NCBI GenBank assembly: GCA_027317865.1
Contig: DAHVQG010000005.1
Coordinates: forward strand, 1-64,000
DNA: 64,000 bases
Direction: 5' to 3'
Origin: Bdellovibrionales bacterium
GTDB taxonomy: Bacteria > Bdellovibrionota > Bdellovibrionia > Bdellovibrionales > UBA1609
Shown in pieces: positions 1-8,321 of the stretch. Both the position numbers and the translations under genes were made by a program. The notes beneath the pieces are model-generated. The model had not been told where the DNA came from. It searched no databases and worked only from the letters and a program-made list of their open reading frames with translations. Each line of letters starts with the position of its first letter. Positions within the stretch are counted from its first letter, which is position 1.

Positions 1-155
1 AGATCCTTGAGCATCCCCCACGCCATGGCGCGGGAGCCCGTCAGCGAACAGATGCTCGCGGCAAAGATCGCTAGCGCAAATGTAATCGCACGACGAATGA
101 TTTTGGATGCAGTAAATCCGTCAGTAAACGATAAATAAACTCGTTTCATAGGCAT
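1..155 (-). CDS. 5' part of a secreted protein paralogous to the 289-1176 metalloprotease (runs off window edge)
   Basis: Manual translation from ATG at 155 gives MPMKRVYLSFTDGFTASKIIRRAITFALAIFAASICSLTGSRAMAWGMLKD, matching ...CSLTGARAMAWGMLKE of the next gene. Confidence 0.85.
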   Translation of the reverse strand, partial: MPMKRVYLSFTDGFTASKIIRRAITFALAIFAASICSLTGSRAMAWGMLKD

Positions 156-158
156 GGG

Positions 159-223
159 GGCAATATAACATTGCCGTTGATTGGATCCAACAGTTCAACA
201 ATGGGTGTGTAAATCTTGACCGA
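159..223 (-). promoter_or_regulatory. sigma70-type promoter, copy 1 of a duplicated upstream region
   Basis: Minus strand TTGGAT-17bp-TATATT with extended -10 TG, 6 nt before ATG; GGCAAT-N5-ATTGCC palindrome; 19-bp GTGTGTAAATCTTGACCGA identical to 1226-1244. Confidence 0.65.
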
Positions 224-288
224 AGCGACTAATCGTTCAACAAATTACATTTATTCGGCTTGATTCTCTTTGCGCTGTTTGATTCGCC

Positions 289-1176
289 CTAGTTTACAGG
301 CGCAAATCTTCTAAACAACGCACGAATGCCGGCGATATCATCGGGGTAGAGATAGACGGGGCGATCGCAATGCATCACACTCGGTGGCTGCTCCGACGTG
401 TGCGGGACTGAGCTGTATTTTGGATCACAATTATGCGGTCCTTGATAGGTGTCGCACAATCCGAATGCGTGGCCAAATTCGTGGAGCATAAACGTAAAAG
501 AGTTATTGTAGACTTCCATAATGTCATCCCTATTAGGAAGGCCCGCCCAACTGACGATTTGTCTGTCCGACATCTTTTGACTAATTAATTTTTCGAGCGC
601 GCTTTTCAAGCTCAGTTGGGGGGGTATCAATTTTGCGAAATCAATAGCAGGCATCGAAATGCCATTAAGCGGATAGCGACCCACTGAATTTATAACGACA
701 TATTCATAGTTGTGCGACCGCATAAATGGATCGGCGGCCGAAAAGCTAGGCGCCGAATCGCTTAATGTGGGCGCACCAAAATAAACTATAAGATTGACGA
801 AATGGCTTTGGCAGCGAACACGTCTCAGCGTGACGGGCCCAGTGATGTCCGAAACCGCGTGCAACCATTCACCAAGAGCAATTTTAATTTCAGTATTGAT
901 GGTTTTATAGGTAAACCCCGCCCTTGGAGAAATGTCGCTTTCACTAAGCGAAATGCAGTAATTGATCTGATGATTTTTATAAACCGGAAACACGAGGTGC
1001 CCGTACTTGGCTGGCCCATCCATTTCTTTGAGCATCCCCCACGCCATGGCGCGCGCGCCGGTCAGGGAACAAACGCACGCGGCTAAAATTGCAAGCACGG
1101 ATGCAGCCGCACGAGAATAGACTCGGGGTATAGTGCCACTTTGCCGGCGTAATAGTGAAAAGCTCTTCATTGACAT
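289..1176 (-). CDS. secreted zinc metalloprotease (metzincin/matrixin-like)
   Basis: Signal peptide, HEFGHAFGLCD zinc motif (HExxHxxGxxD), downstream Met-turn PSVM. Confidence 0.85.
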   Translation of the reverse strand: MSMKSFSLLRRQSGTIPRVYSRAAASVLAILAACVCSLTGARAMAWGMLKEMDGPAKYGHLVFPVYKNHQINYCISLSESDISPRAGFTYKTINTEIKIALGEWLHAVSDITGPVTLRRVRCQSHFVNLIVYFGAPTLSDSAPSFSAADPFMRSHNYEYVVINSVGRYPLNGISMPAIDFAKLIPPQLSLKSALEKLISQKMSDRQIVSWAGLPNRDDIMEVYNNSFTFMLHEFGHAFGLCDTYQGPHNCDPKYSSVPHTSEQPPSVMHCDRPVYLYPDDIAGIRALFRRFAPVN

Positions 1177-1179
1177 AGC

Positions 1180-1244
1180 GGCAATATAACATTGCCCGTA
1201 GTTGGCTCCAACAGCTCAACAATAAGTGTGTAAATCTTGACCGA
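1180..1244 (-). promoter_or_regulatory. sigma70-type promoter, copy 2 of the duplicated upstream region
   Basis: TTGGAG-17bp-TATATT with TG, 6 nt before ATG at 1176; near-identical to 159-223. Confidence 0.65.
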
Positions 1245-1592
1245 TTTGGTTAGTCTATTTCTCAATTCTACAAATGGGTAAGATTCTCAACAAAGACAGT
1301 TGATTTCAGGATTTTTGCCAAAACTTTAGACAATCGTGAAAAACGATCGCCATGCTTTTTCCAGTTTAATGTTGCTAAATGACAGTAACGACAGCGAATT
1401 ATCAATAAATATTGTTGGGTTGGGAATTTTTTGTACAGGGCGTATACAGATTCGTAATTGTTTCAAGGTGCGCGGTTGGAGCACTTTGGGAGGATTTTGG
1501 TCGACCATTTGGACACATTTGTGCTAATGAAATTAAATCAGCATATTCAAATCGCGGCACTTGCGGCAGGAGATGTCAAACTCATGCGGAAT

Positions 1593-2099
1593 ATGAGCCC
1601 AAAAGAAATCATTCGCGCTTTAAAATTAAAGCCGCATCCGACAGAAGGTGGATATTTTCGCGAGACCTATAGATCGGTTAGCACAATAACAGTTGAGCGT
1701 GATGGCGCTAAAGACTCGATCACGCGCAGCTTGAGCACGCAAATTTATTACTTAATTACAGATAGAAGCTTCTCTACTCTACATAGGTTGAAGCAGGATG
1801 AAGTATTTCATTATTATGGTGGTCAAGCGGCAGAAATCTTTCTTATTTTGCCCGATGGCGGCGGAAAATTTTTTCATCTGGGCGGCGACATTTCTAATGG
1901 CGAAGTTCCGCAAGTCGTTGTGCCGGCAATGACTTGGCAGGGGCTGCGGTTGCCGACCGGAGTAAATGGATGGTGTTTAATGGGGAGCACCGTCACCCCA
2001 GGTTTTGATTATGCTGATTTTGAACTGGGCAGCCGTGAGAAATTGATTGGTCAATTTCCAAATTTGAAAGAGCTCATTACGCTTTATACGCGCGATTAG
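1593..2099 (+). CDS. cupin domain protein (DUF985/Cupin_5 family)
   Basis: LKLKPHPTEGGYFRETYRS, TQIYYL, HRL-x3-EVFHYYGG, PGFDYADFEL motifs; start may be 1584. Confidence 0.9.
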   Translation: MSPKEIIRALKLKPHPTEGGYFRETYRSVSTITVERDGAKDSITRSLSTQIYYLITDRSFSTLHRLKQDEVFHYYGGQAAEIFLILPDGGGKFFHLGGDISNGEVPQVVVPAMTWQGLRLPTGVNGWCLMGSTVTPGFDYADFELGSREKLIGQFPNLKELITLYTRD

Positions 2100-2252
2100 T
2101 TTTTGACCGTTTTCACGTCCCGCAGGCGCCTTGCGAAATCCGTGATAAATCGATTTTCGGAAATTTTATCCGACGAGTCGGACACTACCAAAACTATCGA
2201 CCCTCAGCTCACTTTGGGGCCCAAACATACTGGCCCAGAAATTGCGATAGCA

Positions 2253-2561
2253 ATGGACATGGGGATTAGCGACAACTTTCACAAATTTGATATCCGGTCG
2301 GGAATTATTGTTGACTCAAGACTCTCCAAAAAATCGACCTTACCCGCCTATGATGTTGAAATTGATTTTGGTTCTTTGGGAATCAAAAAAAGCATTACGG
2401 CTGTCACCAAAAACTACACGGCGGAGGAGCTGATTGGTTTGAATATAGTGGCAATTGTTGGTGGGCAAGAAGCCCTGATTCTTACGGCGGCATGTCCTGA
2501 TTTTGGGAATATACTTGTTACTACGACGAAACTCACAAGGCCGGGTTCGCCTGTGCGGTAA
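2253..2561 (+). CDS. CsaA-like tRNA-binding (OB-fold) protein, divergent
   Basis: FHKFDIRSGII, PAYDVEIDFGSLGIKKS, YTAEELIG, C-terminal PGSPV; start uncertain. Confidence 0.75.
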   Translation: MDMGISDNFHKFDIRSGIIVDSRLSKKSTLPAYDVEIDFGSLGIKKSITAVTKNYTAEELIGLNIVAIVGGQEALILTAACPDFGNILVTTTKLTRPGSPVR

Positions 2562-2732
2562 AAAAACCTTCTGTGGTCGAACCATGACCATTGAACCCGT
2601 GTTTGTTAAGGTGGTGGACCATGTGGCGACTTTAGGATTCTCACAATCAGAGTGAGCATTCACACCATCGTCAGGGACAGTCCCCTTATTCAGTCCATAG
2701 GGTTCACATTTCATGTGACCACAGAAGCGCTT
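2562..2732 (-). ncRNA. ssrS: probable 6S RNA
   Basis: About 170-nt intergenic rod: CTTCTGTGGTC (2568-2578) pairs with GACCACAGAAG (2717-2727); inner TGAACCC/GGGTTCA stem; upstream TTGTTT-17-TAGTAT promoter on minus strand; ends in T run. Confidence 0.75.
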
Positions 2733-2907
2733 CACACATACTACATTCTGAGCAATTGAAAAACAAAGAACGCAAATTGTATGCCGGTTAAAATAAATTT
2801 GCACCGGACTGGCTGGAACAAAAACTCGACTCAAGATGAGTCGCTAGTGCGCCTTTTAAGACAATTTGGCCGTTAACTTTCACCATCTAGGTGCCGACAA
2901 AGTGCCA

Positions 2908-3120
2908 ATGAGCGTTGAAAAGCTTGACTTTTTATTTCCATTTTTTGTTCTTGCTTACGGCGCAATTGTTACCTTTGTGTTGCATGCGCCATTTTTAGCG
3001 CGTGCTGAAAAGCGCCTCCCACAGGAGTGGGTATCGCAACTGCATACTCACCGCTATCTCGCGTTCATGTGCCTTATTATCGGCGGCCTCTGGTCGCTTC
3101 AAAACATTTGGTTTAGATAA
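2908..3120 (+). CDS. small membrane protein, two TM helices
   Basis: Two hydrophobic segments; fills the gap before xseA. Confidence 0.65.
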   Translation: MSVEKLDFLFPFFVLAYGAIVTFVLHAPFLARAEKRLPQEWVSQLHTHRYLAFMCLIIGGLWSLQNIWFR

Positions 3121-3143
3121 GCGGGCGTGGTAAAGAAATCCGA

Positions 3144-4631
3144 ATGAAGTCCTCTGATCTTCAAATCGGATTTGATTTTGATACGAATGCATCGTCTGGG
3201 GGTAAGGCCGCCCAGTCAGGCAAAGGGCGCTCAACCAAAAAGCCGGCGGTCAAAGAGCCGCAAGTTAATGAGCCTCAAAATGAAGAGATGCTAACGGAGG
3301 GACCAGAGTTAACAAAACCGCATGTTTACTCGATTTCAGAAATCAATGCGCACATCCGCCGCCGACTCGAAGGCGACTTCGGTGAAATTTGGATTCGCGG
3401 CGAGATTTCAAATTTTAAACCGCATTCTTCCGGCCATTTTTATTTTAGCCTCAAAGACGAAAGCGCGCAGATCAATGCAGTGATGTTTCGCGGGTTCAAT
3501 TCAAAATTAAAATTCAAGCCCGACAACGGGCTTGAAGTTCTGGTTCACGGCAAAATTACAGTTTATGAACCGAGGGGCAATTATCAGGTTTTTTGCGAGT
3601 ACATGGAGCCTGTCGGCGCCGGCGCGCTACAAAAAGCATTTGAACAGCTTAAAGAAAAGTTAAACGCTGAGGGACTTTTTGCTCCCGAGCGAAAACGCGC
3701 GATCCCCAAGTACCCGAGGCACATTGGCATCGTGACTTCGCCGACTGGGGCGGCACTTCAAGATATTTTAAATGTTTTAAGGCGACGCTATAAATCCGCA
3801 AAGATCACGCTTGCGCCCGCTCTCGTGCAAGGTGATGGCGCGACTGACTCCTTAGTTCAAGCGCTCGAAATGATTAACAAGGTTAAAGGCATTGACGTCC
3901 TTATCGTCGGGCGCGGCGGCGGTTCGGCCGAAGATCTTTGGTGTTTTAACGAAGAGCGCGTGGCGCGTGCGATTGCGGCCTCGAAAATTCCAACAATATC
4001 AGCCGTAGGCCACGAGATTGATTTTACAATCGCCGATTTTGTCGCCGATTTGCGTGCGCCGACTCCGTCAGCGGCGGCCGAACTAGTGGCAAAAAGCATT
4101 ACAGAAACTCTGGAGCGAATTCAGTCATTCAAACTTTGCTTGTGGCAGTGTTGGCGGTCGGGGATGGCAAAAAGAGTGGAGCGCGTCGGTGCGCTTAGCA
4201 GACAGCTCGTTGATCCGCAACGGCGGCTTCGTGATTTGCAGTTTCGAAACGATGAGCTGATGGTGCGGCTTGAAAATGCAATGTTTCGGTATTTTGAAGA
4301 CCAAAGTGTTTTTGTAGATCTAACCCGGCAAAAGATGCCAAGCCCGCAAGAAAAAATTCTACAACTGCATAAGCGGCTTGATTTCGCAGACGTTAAACTT
4401 TCAAGTTTTATACTGAAGTTTATTGAGGCTCGCGGGGCGCGCCTTCGCGAAGGGGCCGGGCGGCTCGACGCTATGAGCCCCTTGCGTGTCGTTGAAAGAG
4501 GGTACTCTATAGTTAAAAAGCAAGACGGAGTAATTGTGAAATATTCGGCGCAACTAAAGTTAGGCGAAAAAGTGCAGTTAACGTTTTCAAAGGGAACGGC
4601 GCTAGCCAATATCGAAAAAGTTGAACCTTAA
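3144..4631 (+). CDS. xseA: exodeoxyribonuclease VII large subunit
   Basis: GEISNF, SGHFYFSLKD, RGGGSAEDLW, GHEIDFTIADFVADLRAPTPSAAAE. Confidence 0.98.
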   Translation: MKSSDLQIGFDFDTNASSGGKAAQSGKGRSTKKPAVKEPQVNEPQNEEMLTEGPELTKPHVYSISEINAHIRRRLEGDFGEIWIRGEISNFKPHSSGHFYFSLKDESAQINAVMFRGFNSKLKFKPDNGLEVLVHGKITVYEPRGNYQVFCEYMEPVGAGALQKAFEQLKEKLNAEGLFAPERKRAIPKYPRHIGIVTSPTGAALQDILNVLRRRYKSAKITLAPALVQGDGATDSLVQALEMINKVKGIDVLIVGRGGGSAEDLWCFNEERVARAIAASKIPTISAVGHEIDFTIADFVADLRAPTPSAAAELVAKSITETLERIQSFKLCLWQCWRSGMAKRVERVGALSRQLVDPQRRLRDLQFRNDELMVRLENAMFRYFEDQSVFVDLTRQKMPSPQEKILQLHKRLDFADVKLSSFILKFIEARGARLREGAGRLDAMSPLRVVERGYSIVKKQDGVIVKYSAQLKLGEKVQLTFSKGTALANIEKVEP

Positions 4632-4641
4632 GGAGAAAAAA

Positions 4642-4860
4642 ATGGAATTTGAAAAAAAACTTGAGCGTCTTGAAGAGATCGTAAAGGTTATGGAGGCCGG
4701 GAATACATCCCTCGAAGAATCGCTGCGAATTTTTGAAGAGGGCGTACGCTTGTCGCGCGAGTTACAAAACACGCTCGCGGCCGCTGAAGAAAAAGTGAAG
4801 GTTCTTCTCAAGGTCGACGCCGATGGCAATGCCACTTATAAAGATACTGCTAAAGAATGA
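4642..4860 (+). CDS. xseB: exodeoxyribonuclease VII small subunit
   Basis: FEKKLERLEEIV...SLEESLRIFEEG; AGGAG RBS; follows xseA. Confidence 0.97.
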   Translation: MEFEKKLERLEEIVKVMEAGNTSLEESLRIFEEGVRLSRELQNTLAAAEEKVKVLLKVDADGNATYKDTAKE

Positions 4861-5732
4861 GTCCCGAAGATATTAGACTTCAAGCCGCAATAGACGGGTT
4901 GAATAATTTTTTTGAACGGCACCTTGAATCGCGTTCGCGGGCATTAGGTGAAAATTTGGCGAATGCGGCCATATTAAAGAGCGCGATGGAATATTCGCTC
5001 TTTTCTGGCGGCAAACGGTTTCGTCCACAAGTCGCGTTTTTAACGGCCGAGCTTTTAGAAATGGCGCCAGAGCGCGTGGTCGCTCACGCTGCTGCTGTTG
5101 AACTGGTTCACACCTATTCACTCATCCACGATGATTTGCCTTGCATGGACGACGACACGTTTCGGCGAGGTGTATATACGAATCATATTTTATATGGAGA
5201 AGATAAGGCCCTGCTTGCCGGCGATGCCCTTCTTACCGAGGCATTTGATGTGCTGGCCACGCATTACTCCTATGCGCCCGAAATTGGGCTGGAGCTCACG
5301 CGCCTGTTGTCTGAAGCCGCCGGGTTTACGGGTATGATTGCCGGTCAAATTGCCGATCTTGATTTGGCCCGGCGCGAGCATCAAGGGAGCGTCGAGAAAA
5401 TATTGGCGATGCACAGCCGAAAAACGGGAGCGCTTATTCGCTATGCGGCAGAAGGGACAGCAGTAGTTGCGAGAGCGTCAAAGTCGGAACAAGAAAAAAT
5501 CGGCCAATTTGGCACTCAGCTGGGACTTGCCTTCCAAATCGCGGATGACCTTCTTGATTACGCACCTAATTGTGTTGAGAAAAACGGCCTCCCCTATGTT
5601 TTGGGAGTCAAAAAGTCTCGCGAACTATTATTAAAAGTTACAAATGACTGTAAAAGGATATTGGAACAATACGGTGCGCGCGCAAAAGGTCTTTTAAAAA
5701 TTGTAGAAAACAATTGCCTGCGTGATCATTAG
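4857..5732 (+). CDS. ispA: farnesyl/geranylgeranyl diphosphate synthase
   Basis: GGKRFRP, SLIHDDLPCMDDD, KTGAL, AFQIADDLLD. Confidence 0.95.
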   Translation: MSPEDIRLQAAIDGLNNFFERHLESRSRALGENLANAAILKSAMEYSLFSGGKRFRPQVAFLTAELLEMAPERVVAHAAAVELVHTYSLIHDDLPCMDDDTFRRGVYTNHILYGEDKALLAGDALLTEAFDVLATHYSYAPEIGLELTRLLSEAAGFTGMIAGQIADLDLARREHQGSVEKILAMHSRKTGALIRYAAEGTAVVARASKSEQEKIGQFGTQLGLAFQIADDLLDYAPNCVEKNGLPYVLGVKKSRELLLKVTNDCKRILEQYGARAKGLLKIVENNCLRDH

Positions 5733-5754
5733 TCGCTAGTAATTGCCACCGATT

Positions 5755-6978
5755 ATGAAATCATTCTTGAAAACTCCGACAGCATTTTTTTCGGTTAGTG
5801 CATTTGTCGCTACAATTGCACTATTGTGTTTTTCGCTTCAGGCGCGAGCATATCCCGAGTACGCCACGCGCTACAATATAATGAGCTGTACCGCCTGCCA
5901 CGTCAGTCCATCGGGCGGCGGTCCGCGAACGCTTAACGGAAAACTATTTAGTGCGCACGGTTTTAAAATGAATCCCTTTTTAGTTCAACCGTACGTTTCA
6001 GCGGATTTCCGCACGATTTTTTATGATCCACAAAATGTGAAGCAATCCAGTGACGGCATGGGCGTCATGTCGGGTTCAATCGCCGCCAATTTGCCGGTGG
6101 ACGCCTCTCATCGCATCCACCTTGTAGTCAATCAAAACGTCGCGGGATTTTCAATTGCACCCACGCGAAGCGCCTATGCACTTTTTGAGTTGTCGCCAAA
6201 CGACGGTCGCCCGCACATGTTTGACGATTTAATGGTCGGTCGTATTCGGCCGGCATTCGGTATTGTAACCGATGAGCACCGCACCTATACGCACATTCAA
6301 ACAGGGACAATGTGGTACGAATTTGATACGGGAGCGCAACTCTCGGGCACTCCCACTCCACACATCCATTATGATTTAGCGCTTGTAAACGGAACTACAA
6401 GTCCAACGGCTGGAACCACCTTCGGGCAAGATCAAGCCCAACAGTTTGGCGGATTTTTTAATATTCGTTATATGCCCACTTGGGTGATGATCGGAGCAAG
6501 TGGGGAGTACTGGCCGGCGGCGGCGGGTCAGGCATCGCAGCAAGCGCTCACGCTTTATTCTATTGCTTCAATTGGGCGTGCAACTTGGAACCGAATACCT
6601 GTTGATATCAAACTTGAATTTGATGAAGCCCGAAACGAAGACAGCAATTTGACGACAAGTGGATTTATTAGCCAGACGTATGTTACTGCGCTGGGAGCCG
6701 CGCAGTCCCAAGGCGCCATGGCCTGGGTTGATTACAACGTAAATAACCGCCTGACACTTATTTATAAATATGACTACCTTGTGCCCGACGTCGATTACGG
6801 CGGAGATTATTTTGATCGAAACGGAATTGGATTTCGTTGGTTCATTGGCCCTGGCGTCGATATTCAAGCTCGAACCGAGCTTGCACACGTGACGGCGACC
6901 AATTCGGCTGTGCAAAACGATAAAACAGATTGGGGTACACAAAATGCCACATTTGCGTTTTTACAAATTGAGATTTAG
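5755..6978 (+). CDS. Cyc2-like outer-membrane cytochrome c-porin fusion
   Basis: Signal peptide (ARA|Y), N-terminal PEYATRY-x4-CTACH then GKLFSAHGF, followed by about 330 aa of amphipathic aromatic-rich beta strands ending AFLQIEI. Confidence 0.75.
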   Translation: MKSFLKTPTAFFSVSAFVATIALLCFSLQARAYPEYATRYNIMSCTACHVSPSGGGPRTLNGKLFSAHGFKMNPFLVQPYVSADFRTIFYDPQNVKQSSDGMGVMSGSIAANLPVDASHRIHLVVNQNVAGFSIAPTRSAYALFELSPNDGRPHMFDDLMVGRIRPAFGIVTDEHRTYTHIQTGTMWYEFDTGAQLSGTPTPHIHYDLALVNGTTSPTAGTTFGQDQAQQFGGFFNIRYMPTWVMIGASGEYWPAAAGQASQQALTLYSIASIGRATWNRIPVDIKLEFDEARNEDSNLTTSGFISQTYVTALGAAQSQGAMAWVDYNVNNRLTLIYKYDYLVPDVDYGGDYFDRNGIGFRWFIGPGVDIQARTELAHVTATNSAVQNDKTDWGTQNATFAFLQIEI

Positions 6979-7306
6979 CGCTGTTACGAGCGCAAAGCGC
7001 CTCGCCATTTGGGCAGGTCTTTTCTTTTTTATTGCAGCTCCGCTCGCGCACGCTGAGGTTATCGGAGACCCGAACCGCGGCAAAACAAAGGCGCAAATTT
7101 GCGCCGCCTGCCACGGAGCAAATGGTATTAGCGTCAACGATAATTGGCCAAATTTGGCGGGCCAAAAAGAGAATTATATTGTTGAACAGCTAAAGGCCTT
7201 TCAGGACGGCACTCGCGCTAACCCTATTATGAGTGGTATAGCAAAGATGCTCACCCAGCAGGACATCCACGATTTGGCGGCATACTTTTCGCATATGAAA
7301 CCATAA
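6944..7306 (+). CDS. periplasmic monoheme cytochrome c (c4/c553-type)
   Basis: Signal peptide AHA|E, CAACHGANG, PNLAGQ, RANPIM axial Met; true start may be slightly downstream. Confidence 0.93.
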   Translation: MPHLRFYKLRFSAVTSAKRLAIWAGLFFFIAAPLAHAEVIGDPNRGKTKAQICAACHGANGISVNDNWPNLAGQKENYIVEQLKAFQDGTRANPIMSGIAKMLTQQDIHDLAAYFSHMKP

Positions 7307-7307
7307 T

Positions 7308-8309
7308 ATGGTTAAATTAACTATTTTTGGGTCGTTTTTGGCTATTTTAATGGTCATTGTGTCTTCTTGTTCGCCCAATAATGGCAGGCACCTTGAAATT
7401 GCTCCAAACCAAGAAGAAAGTGGCGGCGGTGGTGGCAGCGGCGGAAATGGCCTGGCCTGGGACGGGCAAATAAAGGCGATTTTCTTTAACCGCTGTGGAC
7501 CTTGTCACCACGCCGGAGCTCCAATACCGGACTGGGAGAACTACCAGACGGTCTATCAATTTCGACAAAAAATATTTGATTATGCAGTCACCACGCATTT
7601 TATGCCGCTAAATAATGCGACGAACATGACTCAGGCGGAACGTAATATCCTCGGCGAATGGATTAAAGCGGGTGCACCAAAAACAAGCGGATCTCCAACG
7701 CCAAGTCCTTCGCCGACGCCTTCACCGACACCGTCACCCACGCCATCACCGCAACCTGGTCCAACCGTTGTGCACGCCTGTTTTGCTTGCCATGACAGCG
7801 ATGGTTTGGCCGAATCCTCGCCCGATTATATTCCGCGGCTAGCTGGCGAACCCGAACAATATATTGAAAATCAACTGAATGATTTTAAATCGGGTAAGCG
7901 CAATGATCCAAATGGAATAATGAACGCCGAAGCCCAAGCGCTGTCGAGCGAAGATATCAAAACAGTGGCAAAGTATTTTTCATCGCTCCCCGTGTTTACT
8001 AAAACAGTTGAACAGAATACGAAGCCGACCGTTTTGCCGCCGACTGAAGTGGCAACCTGGCAAGCCGGCCAAACCAAAGCCGCCGAGTGCATGACCTGTC
8101 ACGTGCCGCCTGGCCAGTCGCCGCTACCGGGTCTCGTTGTGCCGCACCTTTTGGCGCAAAAACAGGGGTACTTGGCTGCACAACTTAAAAGTTTTAGAGA
8201 CAAGTCTCGCAAAAACACAATTATGAACACAATGGCCGCGTCGCTTACCGACTCTGATATTCAAGCTTTGACGCTATATTTGTCTTTACCTACGGCCGTC
8301 ACGAAGTAA
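7308..8309 (+). CDS. triheme cytochrome c lipoprotein: N-terminal monoheme domain, Pro/Thr linker, diheme c4 domain
   Basis: Lipobox-like VSSC; CGPCH, CFACH, CMTCH; PRLAGE/PHLLAQ c4 motifs with distal Met. Confidence 0.88.
   Translation: MVKLTIFGSFLAILMVIVSSCSPNNGRHLEIAPNQEESGGGGGSGGNGLAWDGQIKAIFFNRCGPCHHAGAPIPDWENYQTVYQFRQKIFDYAVTTHFMPLNNATNMTQAERNILGEWIKAGAPKTSGSPTPSPSPTPSPTPSPTPSPQPGPTVVHACFACHDSDGLAESSPDYIPRLAGEPEQYIENQLNDFKSGKRNDPNGIMNAEAQALSSEDIKTVAKYFSSLPVFTKTVEQNTKPTVLPPTEVATWQAGQTKAAECMTCHVPPGQSPLPGLVVPHLLAQKQGYLAAQLKSFRDKSRKNTIMNTMAASLTDSDIQALTLYLSLPTAVTK
7692..7757 (+). repeat. in-frame (SPTP)n low-complexity linker
   Basis: Encodes SPTPSPSPTPSPTPSPTPSPQP with varied codons. Confidence 0.85.
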
Positions 8310-8321
8310 CATTTCTACCCT

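Noticed and set aside
1245-1583. Short ORFs and the N-terminal extension of the cupin in an AT-rich spacer
   Set aside because: No motifs or structure recognised; treated as a divergent promoter region
2340-2834. 164-aa minus-strand ORF
   Set aside because: Overlaps the csaA-like gene antisense and the structured RNA; no protein motifs
7692-7757. Short tandem repeat as possible CRISPR or VNTR
   Set aside because: In-frame Pro/Thr linker with varied codons and no spacers
5733-8321. Mobile-element signatures around the cytochrome cassette
   Set aside because: No integrase, transposase, terminal repeats or target duplication seen, so recent transfer is unsupported
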